Assembly: GCA_002269645.1 (NCBI GenBank)
Contig: NIVC01000106.1
Location: 806,001 to 870,000 of the forward strand
Direction: 5' to 3'
DNA from: Macrostomum lignano
Taxonomy: Eukaryota
DNA length: 64,000 nt
The notes under the pieces are model-generated. The model made no database searches. It was not told the DNA's origin and saw only the letters and a program-made list of their open reading frames with translations. Position numbers and translations under genes: made by a program. Within the stretch, counting starts at the first letter, position 1, and every line of letters begins with the position of its first letter. Positions 12,950-26,250 of the stretch are shown in pieces.

Positions 12950-13425
12950 GATGAGCACGAGATTTTCCCGCCGAGCTTTTCCCGCCGAGATTTACTCGCA
13001 GTGAATTTTGCCCGCGAGCGAATTGCACGCCGAGTTTTTTCCCGCCGAGGTTTGCCCGCAATGCTTTTCCTGCAGCGCATTTAGCCACGCGGCAGATTTT
13101 GTCTGCATTGCCTCCCCAATGCTTAATAAGTCTTAATAAAGAGATTTACCCGATTCTTGTAGGTATTCAGTTCTAGATACATACAGGGGTACATCGGTGA
13201 GCTATTAATTCATGTATATGCCGTGTCGCTTTCTCCCCTAAATCTCTTTATTAAAACTTACGCGGTACTAAGCATTGGGGGGGGGGGGGAGGCAATGCAG
13301 ACAGAATCTAGCTGCCATAAATGCACTGCAGGAAAAAAGCACTACGGGCAAACCTCGGCGGGAAATAAACTCGGCGGGCAGTTCGCTCGCGGGCAATTCG
13401 TCTGTGGGCAATTGTCATGGACTCA
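12950..13425. mobile_element. Foldback/MITE-like element with long imperfect inverted arms (superfamily unassigned)
   Basis: The left arm ~12950-13150 is the reverse complement of ~13238-13425 (tttcccgccgaggtttgcccg ... cgggcaaacctcggcgggaaa; ttaataaagagattta ... taaatctctttattaa). The arms contain ~15-bp sub-repeats. Confidence 0.8.
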
Positions 13426-13792
13426 TTAATGTTCCTCTGCCTTGACTGTACGTTGCAATCAAATTTTAGCACTATGGGCGTATTTTACTGACTGCTCGTG
13501 ACTGCCCGACCAAGTGCCCATTAAATTAAAAATAATAGTAAGCCCGTATAAAGGCTTTTCTTTAATAGTAGACTTGTTGTAGGCAGATGAAGCAGGCTAA
13601 GCAGAAGATTGACAGTTCGAGTTTGCATTAAAGCAGAGAATTGATCTCTGTAACCTGTGACAATAGTAATTATCTCCCATGCAGATTCATGCGGATTTTT
13701 TATTTCAATTTAAATATTTTTTCCGGGACTGTGTTAATTTTCTAGAGCAGTGCCAATCTGCTTTAAGTGCTAATTTGCAGTGTGTATTATTA

Positions 13793-14185
13793 ATCTGGGG
13801 GAGGAGTGCTAATCTGGGAGGGGGCAGTGCTAATCTGGGGGGGGCAGTACTAATTTGGGGGTAGTGCTAATCTGGGGGAGCAGTGCTAATCTGGGGGCAG
13901 TGCTAATCTGGGAGGGGGCAGTGCTAATCTGGGGGAGCAGCGCTAATCTGGGGAGGGGGAAGTGCTAATCTGGGGGAGCAGTGCTAATCTGGGAGGGGGC
14001 AGTGCTAATCTGGGGGAGCAGTGCTAATCTGGGGGGGGAGGCAGTGCTATTCTGGGGGGGGCAGTGCTAATCTGGGGAGTAGTGCTAATCTGGGGGGCAG
14101 TGCTATTCTGGGGGGCAATGCTATTTTGGGTTAGCAGTGCTAGTCTGGGGAGGGCAGGGCTAATTTGGGTGAGCTGTGCTAATCT
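13793..14185. repeat. G-rich 18-21-bp minisatellite (gggggcagtgctaatct)
   Basis: About 20 units with a variable G-run. Confidence 0.92.
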
Positions 14186-15003
14186 GACTTATACAATAAA
14201 GTAATAAGTCTGAGAGGATCGCAAATCAGTTGCAAACGTTTCAAATGGTTTCGATTTCTTGAGAAATATTTAGATTTGTGGCTATCTACTCAGGGATTGT
14301 GCGAAACAGCGCTGGTGAACCATTTCTAAACTGCTAGTGAACCCTGCAAGTTTTTTTAATAAAAACTATTTTTAAAGAGAAGAAAACTCAATGAAAGAAT
14401 GAATGAAAACAGAATCACCATGTCAACCAAAAAGAGAATAAGAGTATAAGACTCATAGGGAATTGCTAAGGTGTCAAGACAAATGCAAGGAATCACTAAG
14501 AGTCGAGGCTTAAGGCGGAAATTGCTGAGATGTCAAGTCTGGAGGGGGGGGGTAGATGAAATGCTGTGATTCTTGGGGAGAATCGCTGCGATTTCAAGCT
14601 TCATTTGGAAAATTCCTGAGATGTCAAGGCTCACGGGTGGGGCTTCTGGGATATCAAGGCTCATTGGGAAATTGCTTTACTGTCAAGGCTCATGGAAACA
14701 ATTACTGAAATGCTGGGGCTGTTATGGCAATTGCTAACATGTCAAGGCTTATGAACTGTGAACTGCTGAGTTGTTAGGTCTCATAGGGGAATATCTGGAA
14801 TTCTTTGGATCAAGCCCGTGGGGAGCTACTGAGATGCCAAGACTTATGTGGGGAATTACTGAAATGCTTTTGCTCTTGGGGGAATGGCTGAAATGCTGAA
14901 GTTTCAGCAGGATTAAAGGGGGTTAAGTTAGGGCTAGGGTTAACCATGAAAAATCCCCTTGTCGACTGACTAAGAAGGTCTTATACATGGGGGAATTGCT
15001 ATT

Positions 15004-15359
15004 GCCCAGTGGTCTGGCGCGGCGCTCTGGTGTGCCAGCGGCCCAGGCTCGATTCCAAGTGCAGTCACATTAATTTGGGGCTTAATTGAAATCTCGGCTT
15101 GGCTCTGCTCGTGCTATTAACGGCCTTGAGGGCCAACCCCCCAGGGACAGTGAAGTTTACATGCCTAATGATAAATAAGGTTACGGCCGCTGTACACTCC
15201 TGTGTGAGTGTGTACCTGTGCGTATGACTGCGTACGTATCCGCGCGCTTGTGGGCCTGCTCAGGGGAGTCGGCGGAATGGGCAGTAATGCCTCTCGCCGG
15301 TTGTGTGACAATGTCGCTTAAAGCGTGCCAGGATGCACAAGCCCCTACCTCTAATAAAA
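15004..15359 (+). mobile_element. tRNA-derived SINE, copy 1
   Basis: A-box-like gcccagtggtc and B-box-like ggctcgattcc. Body matches five other copies; A-rich tail. Confidence 0.85.
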
Positions 15360-16271
15360 TTCTGTGCCAAAACTTTTCATTTTCAAAGCGATTTGACAAG
15401 GATCTTTAAAACTGTTTAGAGATTATATTATAGATAAAAACGAAATTCTTGTTAGCTCAAAGCATCATCATAGCTTGTTTGATTGCTATACCAAGAATAT
15501 AATTCGCCTTTTCAACATTAGACATGTGAAGCTCCTGAAAAAAAGCTTCGCAAATGAAATCACACTATCGCCACTGTTCGTCAATTCCACACTCTAAATT
15601 TACTCTGTCGAACCTGATTTAGATACTGCAGTTGGCTACTCATGCAGTTTTATACAGAATTATAGTTAAAATTGTTCGAATTCCGTTAGAGTCAGTTTTT
15701 CCCAATTCAAACCCAGGTTAAGCTTCATATTTGAGCAAAATTCAGATCCGGTTGTAAAACTCAAATAAGCAGCTATTTTACTTGTGAGAGTTGGCATCCG
15801 GCATCGAGTTGGTGCAACATGCAAACATTTATCTTGGCGACTGCAAACTCTGATATTTAACACCGATCCAGACGGTGCTGACTAAAAGTTTTCCCAGTGC
15901 GTTCAGTTTTTATGAACACAGCAAAGTGGAGAAACAATCTTATATTAAATTAAAAGTAGTCTGCTAAATCGTTAATCACATTCGGCTCATAATTATTCAC
16001 TTTTCAGACTATAAACGCTGGATATTCTGAAAAGCTCTCCGATATTTCTTATATTCCTGTTCTCTGACCGGAAATCGACTTCTTCATTGATTGGTTATAT
16101 GGATTCGTTGCCTGAACGGCAAGGGGACCCTGCAAATTGCTGTGGCTCATGGGGGAATTGCTGAGATGCCAAGGCTCATGTGGGGAATTGCTGAGATTCC
16201 AAGGCTCATGGGGGAAATTGCTGACAGGTCAAGGCTTACTGGGGGAATTGCTGACAGGTCAAGGGGAATTG

Positions 16272-16650
16272 CTTTTCACCTTCTGGTCCTCCGTAAAGGT
16301 ATGGTGCACCCATCGGGCACATCGCTTGGAGGCTCCAGCTTGTCGTGCAGGATGGTGGCATCCGCTGCCGATGCAGTGCTCAGCAGGTTACTTGCCGGTC
16401 CTCGTCAATCATTCTCTGGACGGTTCTGTTCGGTGACAGCAGAAGCTGCGCGTCTCGTCCGAGACTCGTCATCAAGGCTGCTTCGCCCCCCTTAAACTCA
16501 CTGTACCACCGAGAAACCAGCTGTGGCACGTGAAGGGGCTTAGTCACTGAAAGCAGCACGTATACTTTCAATACACTACTCCTGCGTGAGACCTTTTCGC
16601 GAGTCCTAAAAAGTCATGGCACGAAATTGCCTTGGTTTTTTTGGCAAAGT
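16272..16650 (-). mobile_element. Degenerate mariner transposase 5' fragment (irritans-like)
   Basis: With stops and frameshifts the minus strand reads QFRAMTF*DSRKGLTQE*CIESIRAAFSD*APSRAT / VSRWYSEFK / GRSSLDDESR / MIDEDRQVT / ILHDKL / CARWVHHTFTEDQK. This is the mariner N-terminal HTH region and WVPHEL linker. Confidence 0.8.
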
Positions 16651-16905
16651 GCTGTTCAGCCTACTTATTCTTTTCACAATGAGAGTAGCCAGTGTAGAAT
16701 GTAACTCATATGCAGGAAATTTCCTCAGAATGCGCGATTGTGCACTGTCTCTAAATTCCGTGCCTTGAGCTAGTAAAATTTCCAATTTGTCAAGTTTCAA
16801 GCAAGCGAGAGCGGTGCAATTGATGCAAATTTTAAATAATCTGGACTGTTCCACTTATGCGCTTGCGTTATATTATCGTGTGCAAAAATGGCATTTTAAT
16901 TTCAG

Positions 16906-17133
16906 GTTTTCAAACCTTTATGATTGGTAAGAACAAGCCATTAAAATATCGCCGTCAACACGCGACGTCAGCGATAATCCCATCCAGGAAAAGGATGGTG
17001 ATGCACACGAAAACTAATGAGCTTTAACGGGGTCTTTGAGTGGTGGATCTGGAAAGGAGGCTGCTCACTTTTGGTGTCTGGTTCTGGAACCGACTTAGCT
17101 GCTGTTCTGAACGATTTGCTCAAGTGAGCATCG
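16906..17133 (+). pseudogene. Decayed F-type lectin exon 2 (paralog psiE)
   Basis: ttttaatttcag acceptor and G|GTTAGT donor, phase 1-1 like A-D. Reads GFQTFMIGKNKPLK...MHTKTNEL*RGL*VVDL...GVWFWNRLSCCSERFAQVSIG with two in-frame stops. It is 21-33 nt shorter than the paralog exons. Confidence 0.75.
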
Positions 17134-17155
17134 GTTAGTTATTGCTAATTATTTA

Positions 17156-18100
<945 letters not shown>

Positions 18101-18247
18101 CCAATATACTAAAATTGGTCTGTCGGTAGGTAGGTAGGTGTGTATCTATCTAGGTATGTGATCGATTTTAGCAAATTATCTGCTATTGTTCTATTACCAT
18201 GATTTATGCGATCACTAATTCTTAATCACTAAAACATTTGACTAAAA

Positions 18248-18637
18248 CAATTCACTCGCGGGCAATTCACTCGCGGGCAATTCACTCGCGGGCAATTCAC
18301 TCGCGGGCAATTCACTCGCGGGCAATTCACTCGCGGGCAATTCACTCGCGGGCAATTCACTCGCGGGCAATTCACTCGCGGGCAATTCACTCGCGGGCAA
18401 TTCACTCGCGGGCAATTCACTCGCGGGCAATTCACTCGCGGGCAATTCACTCGCGGGCAATTCACTCGCGGGCAATTCACTCGCGGGCAATTCACTCGCG
18501 GGCAATTCACTCGCGGGCAATTCACTCGCGGGCAATTCACTCGCGGGCAATTCACTCGCGGGCAATTCACTCGCGGGCAATTCACTCGCGGGCAATTCAC
18601 TCGCGGGCAATTCACTCGCGGGCAATTCACTCGTGGG
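18248..18637. repeat. 15-bp minisatellite (caattcactcgcggg), 25 perfect units plus 1 variant
   Basis: Direct reading. Followed by a MITE-like end, aaaatctcggcgggcatatctcatggaccc. Confidence 0.97.
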
Positions 18638-19012
18638 AAAATCTCGGCGGGCATATCTCATGGACCCGATATTCGATTCTGTGTTGGAAGTGGCCAAAAG
18701 TATGAAAATGCTCAAATTTTCAACTGATATTTAAACATTGCGCAACCAATTGCGAAAATTGTATTATCAATTTATTTATTTATTTAGTAAATACGTATCT
18801 CAAATGAAAGAGAATTCAAGGGCAAGACCAGTCATTTTCTGGATCTCTTGGCTGCTTCCTCCAGTTCCTTTTGGCCCTGTCTCTTTATTCTTATGGCTGA
18901 CGGCATTTTAATGCTTTTGGTTGCAGCGCCAGCAGCGGTTTAAGTCTTGGGATTGCGGCGGACTCGGAATTTCGATCAGATCGACGATAAAGTGAAACGG
19001 TAAACACTAAAA

Positions 19013-19907
19013 CAGGGATTGGCAAACTCCGGCCTGAGGGCCAGATGTGGCCTGCAAAGCCTCTATATCCGGGTCTTGGGTCCTTTGAATCTTCACAATA
19101 GCAATCCGGCCCGCTCAAGGTTTGCGTCTCTTCTCAGCTCTCTTCCCTCACCTATCTCTTCTCATATTCTCCTGTCCTGTCCTCTCCTCTCTCCTGTCCT
19201 CTCCTCTCCTCTCCTCTCTCCTCTCCTCTCCTCTCTCCTTTCTTTTCCTCTCCTCTCCTCTCTTTTCCTCTCATCTCCTCACCTCTCTCCTTTTCTCTCA
19301 TCTCCTCACCTCTCTTCTCTCTTCTCCTCTCATCTCCTCACCTCTCTCCTTTCCTCTCCTCTCCTCATCTCTCTCCTTTCCTCTCCTCTCCTCACCTCTC
19401 TCCTTTCCTCTCATCTCCTCACCTCTCTCCTTTCCTCTCCTCTCCTCACCTCTCTCCTCTCCTCTCCTCTCCTCATCTCTCTCCTTTCCTCTCCTCTCCT
19501 CACCTCTCTCCTTTCCTCTCCTCTCCTCATCTCTCTCCTCTCCTCTCATCTCCTCACCTCTCTCCTCTCCTCTCATCTCCTCACCTCTCTCCTCTCCTCT
19601 CATCTCTCATCTCCTCTCCTCTCTCTTATATTTCGACTCTCCTCTCCTCATTCATCTCCCCTCTCCTCTCTCCTTTCCTATTTTATCTCTCTTCTCGTCT
19701 ACTCTCTTCTCTTTTATTTATTCGCCTCTCCTTTCTTCTATACTCGTATAGTTCTCTTCTCTATTCCCTATCCTCTCTCCCTATAGGCCGCAGTCATCAG
19801 GGACTCCTGGGTGCGTTTCTTTTAGGGGGCCCAGCGAAGCGGACCCAGAAGGGCAGATAGCGCTGTTCTCAATCTGGCCCTTGAGGTAAAAAGTTTGCTG
19901 ACCCCTA
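19013..19907. mobile_element. hAT-type (Charlie-like) non-autonomous element with an internal CT-rich expansion (19130-19790)
   Basis: Left end CAGGGATTGGCAAACT...ggcctgagggccagat; right end atctggcccttgagg...AGTTTGCTGACCCCTA. Imperfect 8-bp flanks cactaaaa / aactaaag. Confidence 0.7.
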
Positions 19908-20429
19908 AACTAAAGCACTAGGCTTAGGCACATTAGATGAAAACTGGAGTGGAATGGGATTGCGAACAACATGAACGATTAAATCAGCTGGTACCCTTAG
20001 CTTCCAAGACTAAAAAAAGCCAAAGCCCAAAAACGGCCGACACTTGTTTAAATTCAAAAAGGGCACTTGCTGGATCATGCTAAAAAGTGTGGGGGGCTCA
20101 AACCCATGCCCCCCCCCCGGTTCCGACACCCCTGTAGAAAGCCACTGGATTTAGGAAGTCATCGTTCATAATCTTTATGCTAAAACTTCATTGAACTTTC
20201 ATTTGCCTTTGCAGAAGCAATGCTGATCGTTTTCGTTGACTGAGTTCATTCAACACGTTCAAGGATGCTATGCTTCAGTTTTTTAAGCCAATTGTAATTC
20301 GCCTCCATTTTGATTGGTTTAGAAACCTTGCATTTAAGATTTGGCCACGTCGCATTTCCGATTTCCTTGCAAGCAACAAAACTGCATTTTCTAAATAATT
20401 TCTTCAAATAGCTGGGATAAATTTGAAAA

Positions 20430-23400
20430 ATGAAAACGTTGAATTTAATTCTGCTTCTGCTTTTCTGCTTCCAGTTCGCTGAAAATGTGCTTGGTAAGAA
20501 TTGATTCGATTTAGAAAAGCTGTACTTTTTGTCTCAGAACTCTGTTATTAGTGAACTGCTATTAGTAGACTGCTATTAGTAGACTGCTATAAGTAGACTG
20601 CTATTAGTAGACTGCTATTAGTAGACTGCTATTAGTAGACTGCTATTAGTAGACTGCTATTAGTAGACTGCTATAAGTAGACTGCTATTAGTAGACTGCT
20701 ATTAGTAAACTGCTATTCGAATATAGGTATAACGCCTATTGATTTTAACTCTGTATTTTATGAATCCGTGCTTTTAATAGCCTAACATAGAGTATAATTT
20801 GTTAGACTTGACCAGAGTTAGGCTAAATTGGAAAATGTTCCGTCAAATGTCTGCAGGTGCCGAGAAAATCACCGTTCCCAAAAACAAGCCCGCTAAGCAG
20901 TCTTCGAAGTTCCACTCAAACGACGACCCAGCCCTGGCCAACAACGGAAACACCGGCGGCTCCCTTGTGCGCCTGTCGAACTGCTTCGAATGCGCGAACA
21001 ACGACCCGCTACCCTGGTGGATGGTTGACATGGGCGAGATCTACTTTGTCCACCAGGTGAAGGTGTGGAACAGAATCAACTGCTGTGCTGACCGGTTTCG
21101 GCAGGTTAGCGTTGGTAAGTTGCTGCTGCGAAGCTTAGATTGCTGCATGGCTTTGAGATAGATCGATCGGGCAAAAAACTACAGTAAATAGAGAAAAATT
21201 TACTGGTGTTGTATCAAGAAATGTTTTGCTAAGCAAAAGCAAGCTACAGGGCAACGATGAAAATACATGTTTGTTAACGCTTCATGTTCAACGGTATAAA
21301 CGGAGATATAGAACACTCAGATTTACTCAAACTCAGAAACATTGCACAAACAAAAAATACTCGTATTTATATTCAATCAGAAAATGTTTGTGGAATTCCC
21401 AAGTATGTGCCAAAAAGACTTTTGATAGGGCATTACTTTACTTTGCAGCAGAGGGCTTTCAGGGATGAAATGCTATATGCGTTTGAGCTTTAAATGGATG
21501 CTTGTAAGAGGTCCCTTTCATGTAGTAACACGTGCGATGGTCTAAAATTGCGGTAGCATTGTCCATGCATGTTGCCGATTCTCTGTACGGGGTCCGAATT
21601 CGGGCTTCAAAGCAGCTTATCCATGACGAGCTTCACGATCTGAGCTTCACGGGCTGAGGACTTCACCTTGCAGTCCACCTTTCTGGACCTCAACAGAACG
21701 GGAGTGTCCCAGGAGGTGCAAGGTGGCAGTCCGATGGGAGAACATGATGTACATGATCAAGCGAGTGAGTTGCTCGTGCGGGCCACTTGATTAAAAAGCA
21801 CGTTATCGAAGGTATCAATTTTTTTCGTAAAAACGACTGTCGAGCACCGCGCGTTTCAATTTGTTGACAATGGCGTGCAATGCGATATCGATAGAACGGT
21901 CCAGACCGAAAGACGCGCCGGTTGCAGGAGGGGGAGACGCCAGAGCCCATCCGTTCTATCAGTTTAACAGTAGAAAGACCACGCTATTTTTCCACATGGG
22001 GAAAGACCATGGGATCCCGGCTCGTCAGGGCCGCGTGGTGGCACTCCGTTGAATTCGAAGGTCCCGAAGGTCGTCCAGACAGAGCTGAATGCTGAACATG
22101 GTGCAGGACCATTGTATAATACGCAGACATACCTGGTTTGGTCCTTGATAGAAAAATCACGATGTTGAGGGTGTCAGCTCGTCGGGGCCGCGTGGTGGCC
22201 CTCCCTTAAAGGTTCCGAAGGTCGCCTGTATGTCTACAGGTCAGCCTAGAGGGTCACCATCGTCCATTTCATTCACCGATTATGTCTACTGACTGAATGC
22301 TGCATGCAGAAGAGGATTCTTCCACTTCAGTTTTGGAAACGCAGCCGTCTCTACGATACCGATCGGGTGCTTTGGTTGAAGGTCCCGACGGTCGCCGCCG
22401 ATGCTCCAGACGGTGATGAAGGGGACCCTGGTGTCTGAGATGCTGACGTCCCTGCGACTGATATGCATAGTTTTTTGAGCCGACGTCGTTTCATGATGAG
22501 ATTTTGTGAGCAGAAATTTTTTGCCAATGTTGTTGGTTTTTTCCACCAGACACCCCGAGGAGAATCGCTGAATATCTCGACGATGCCGATTTTTCGTGAT
22601 TCTCGAAGTTGCTTTATCAAATAGAGTGGAAAGTTTTAGCCCGCGTTCTGGATTTTCATGGAAATTGGTTGAATATTCTTGGAGATATAGACAAAGGAAA
22701 AATGTGTGTATTTAAAATACACCCCCATGGTCTTTCTACTGTTAACGAAGAAGAGCGTCAGATTGATATGGCGGTAATTGCTTTGGCAGAGTGTTAGCCT
22801 CCCTTCCATGGTTTTGAGATAAAGACAATCGTGGCTTCCTGCCAGCCACGGTTGCTGAGGAGGTCGAGGAATCTGTCATTTTCACTGCTGTTGCTGCTTG
22901 AAGATTTTTTCAAGAGTCGAAGAGTTTACTGCCAATAAAATCCTCTCTCTATTCCAGGTGTGGCTAAAAATCCCATCGTATGGACGTCCTTCAACCAGGA
23001 CCTGTTCGAACGCTGCGACTACTGGCCCGGGGTGGCCACGGTGGCTGACAATCCCATCGTGTTCACCTGCCCCAGCCCCATCGGAGGCAGGTACCTGGCA
23101 GTGTACAAGAACACCAGCGGACTGAGCGACGGGAGTGCCAGGCTGCACTTTTGCGAGACTGACATCCTTGCAGGTTAGATGGGCCTTTGTAGCTTTGGTA
23201 GTTTTTTTATATTATTCTGGCAGTTTAAATACAGAATTAGAAAATTCTAACAAAAGAAGCGTCTCTCCAGTCAATAAAAAATCACTTCTGAAATCTATGC
23301 AGAAAAAAACCTGAATTTTGCACCACGGATGTCTTCAGATACTAATCACAGTTACATAGTTTTGATAGAGCTGATTGATGGGCAACTCGGGCCACTGCAG

Positions 23401-24183
23401 AGGCAGATTCCAGCTAATGTCTTCATGAGGAGTGGTTCCTCGAGATTCTGGATTTGTCGCTGCACTACCTGTAAATATAAAATAAGCTGACATAAAAGAC
23501 AAGCATGTGTCACCCAAGGACTACTAGACTAGAAGGACGCAACACTTGAAAATCGTGCAAAAATGACTGAAGGCTGATAATTAAAATGTCTGTATCTCCG
23601 AATCGATTGCATGTTGAAGGTTACTTTTTTCGACAGATTGTTCAGATTTTTGTCCCCTACTGAGTAAGTAAGTTTAGTGTCCCACTGGATGTAGATGCTA
23701 GGAAAGACTGTACAATGGAGACCCTCTATTTTCGGGCGTTTGGTATTCAAATCGTTAAGTTTAGGGACCAAATGATGAAGGTAGTGAAAATCTTAAACGC
23801 AATTTTTTGTGAAAATTTTTTTTCAAAAATATTGGCACTTCGATCTATAGTTCGCTCTTTTCTAATACAACCTACGAGCGTAAAGTTATAAAAACATATT
23901 TTTTAATAAAAAATTTTCAGTCCTAAAGCCGTCCATGATCTCTTTCGAGGCTAAGGTCATTCCGCCAAGGTTCTCAACGAAGCCAACCGACTCGCAGCTC
24001 GATGGCTCTCCAATTGCTGCCAAGTTGAACATCGCCTGCCTGCGTGAGTGCGGCAGCCACCCAATGTGCCTCTACACTTTGTACAAGCAGGGCAACTGCT
24101 GGCTGTTCTCATCTGGCAGCATCTCCGATAGCTTCATCAGCATCCTGAGCGGTGGAGATGCCAAGTTCATGCAGCTGAACTAA
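20430..24183 (+). CDS. Secreted F-type lectin + PAN/Apple-domain protein, paralog A (266 aa)
   Basis: Exons 20430-20493, 20857-21114, 22958-23173, 23921-24183 (801 nt, all introns GT-AG phase 1). Signal peptide MKTLNLILLLLFCFQFAENVLG. FTLD motifs QSS..NNGN..C..PWWMVDM..WNRINCCADR..C..CPSPIGGRYL..LHFCETDI. PAN motif CLRECGSHPMC..CWLF. Confidence 0.92.
20547..20717. repeat. 14-bp minisatellite (attagtagactgct) in lectin A intron 1
   Basis: Direct reading. Confidence 0.92.
21560..22240 (-). mobile_element. Degenerate non-LTR retrotransposon reverse transcriptase fragment in lectin A intron 2
   Basis: Across frameshifts: RGPDEL / LSTVKLIERM / FGLDRSIDIALHAIVNKL / TFDNV / EQLTRLIMYIMFSHRTATLH..VEVQKGGLQGEVLSP / KLVMDKLL. 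This is the colinear order of LINE RT motifs. Confidence 0.6.
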
Positions 24184-26099
24184 TTAGCAATCTGTATATT
24201 CCTGTATCAATGCGTTTGCATGGATATTTTTTACACTCACATCGTTACACGTTACACTCACATCGGCCGAATTGCATGGTTTGTTCCGCATGGGATCCTC
24301 GGGGCAAGCCTCTTCTTCGCTTGGCAGTGATGGCAGAGCATCATCGTTACCGCATTCAATGAATCGGATGAACTCCATCAACTCGTTCATTCATTCGCCT
24401 CGATGACAATCGAATTCGACCAATTTATCATTCGGATGAGTGGCATGAATAGAGGTTAGGGCAAACAGAAGAAATATGAACATGTATCCTCTGCTGCAGA
24501 GTTCCAGCTTATAAGACCACAGCTTCATTTAACATGTTTCGTCTATGGTAATTTCAGACTGTTCCGCTTAACTTTTCGTTCCAGACGTTTTGTCTATGGC
24601 CATCATTTGGCTTGCGCCAAGTGGAAAATGCCTATGACACAAATCCCTAGAATCACTTAGTGAACAATTCCCGTCTGGGAAGTTGTGTCCTAGCCCTTTT
24701 GTACCGGCCTCGACGCTATGGCAGTTGTGTGTGAAGCGTGACCTCTCGATAATCATACATTGTGCCTAGTCTCACTTACTACTCAGACTCATGCAGATCA
24801 GGGGCTGTAGTGAAATTTTCCTGAGTAAATTTGAGTTTCTATCACTTTGGAAGCGTCTCAGGAACACCTCCTGACTAATACAAAGGTCAATAACTCCGTG
24901 AAGTGTCTGTATGTCGAAGGCTCCAAGACAATCAATTGACTACATACATTTCTTCTTTTTACTCAAAAACACTCTAGTGAAAAAAATTATCTTCAAAGAT
25001 TAGGCGACTTTATTGTCAATTCTCTTTCACAATACGAGGTATCTATATAGGCGCTGGGTATCTATACAAGCACTGGGATTTCTGTAAAGTCTGTTGCGAT
25101 CCTATTCCCAAAAGATTTTTGAGCTTGAAAGTAGCCATTGTTTTTTCCACAATTGCGAACCTTCCATGATTCTTAATACTCGTAGAAAAGGGCTCTTGAA
25201 AATGTTCCTATAGCGCATTGTCCTTACTTGGGGGTTACTGACTTCAAGCAAGCCTATGAGAAACTAAAAGTTCCTGCGAATCCAATTTTATTCAATATTA
25301 ACTATAAAGCGAATCTCCTAAAGAACTTCTTGTTGATTTAAAGTAAGTATGCTCGATTCCAACAAATTCATATCTCTCTCGTATTTCTCAGACGCATCCG
25401 ATTCTGTGTGAGTTTCTTTCTCCCATTTCTAAGAATTCCTTCTGAGTTTGGACAGGCGATGTCGCCAGACGAAATTCTCACGAGTTTGAAATTCTTGCCT
25501 CGCATTGTTTTCAGTTCCAGCTATTGACACTACTAGAATTGGCACTAGTTTGGTTGGTCCAAGCACTAACAGGCTCTAAGAATATCTTCTGACATAACTA
25601 AGGTGGATGAATGGTGCCTTTTATGTCCATTGACATGCATGCAAACTTATACAAGATGGTACAGATTTTATCAGCTAAATATCCCTTTTGAGGCTGTCAT
25701 TCATGACAAGCTCACCCACATAAATCATAAAATAGCTACAAGTTAGATTTGCTGGTGTCATCGCAGATTCACATTTAGATTTTAGTAAAGCTGCACTAAC
25801 TTACTTACTGCGAGTAGTGTGCTTGGGAAAAGTAATTAAAGAGTGTATTTGCTCAAAGCATCTCCGACTGTAAATATTATTGATTGCATAAAGTTTGTCA
25901 GAAAAGTCAAGGCATGCGCAATAATAATAATACTACTCATACACACTCATTCACACGCTCACACAGGGTTTAAAGCGGCCTGAATTTCTAATTGTCAGGC
26001 ATGTACACTCTCTGTGCCTTGGCGGTTGGCCCTCGTGGCTGTGAATCGCACGACAATCCGCCGGCCAATTATTGGTGCATACAAGTCCCAAATGAATTT

Positions 26100-26250
26100 T
26101 GTGCTGGCGCCCTTGGTGCTGGCGCCCCTGGTGCTGGCGCCCCTGGTGCTGGCGCCCCTGGTGATGGCGCCCCTGGTGCTAAAGCCACTGGTGCTAAAGC
26201 CACTGGTGCTAAAGCCCCTGGTGCTAAAGCCCCTGGTGCTGGCGCACCTA
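26100..26250. repeat. 15-bp minisatellite (ggtgctggcgcccct / ggtgctaaagcccct)
   Basis: About 10 units. Source of the GAPGA / APLVL pseudo-ORFs. Confidence 0.92.

Noticed and set aside
24184-25600. Possible LINE endonuclease/linker remnants on the minus strand
   Set aside because: No ordered set of diagnostic motifs could be read.
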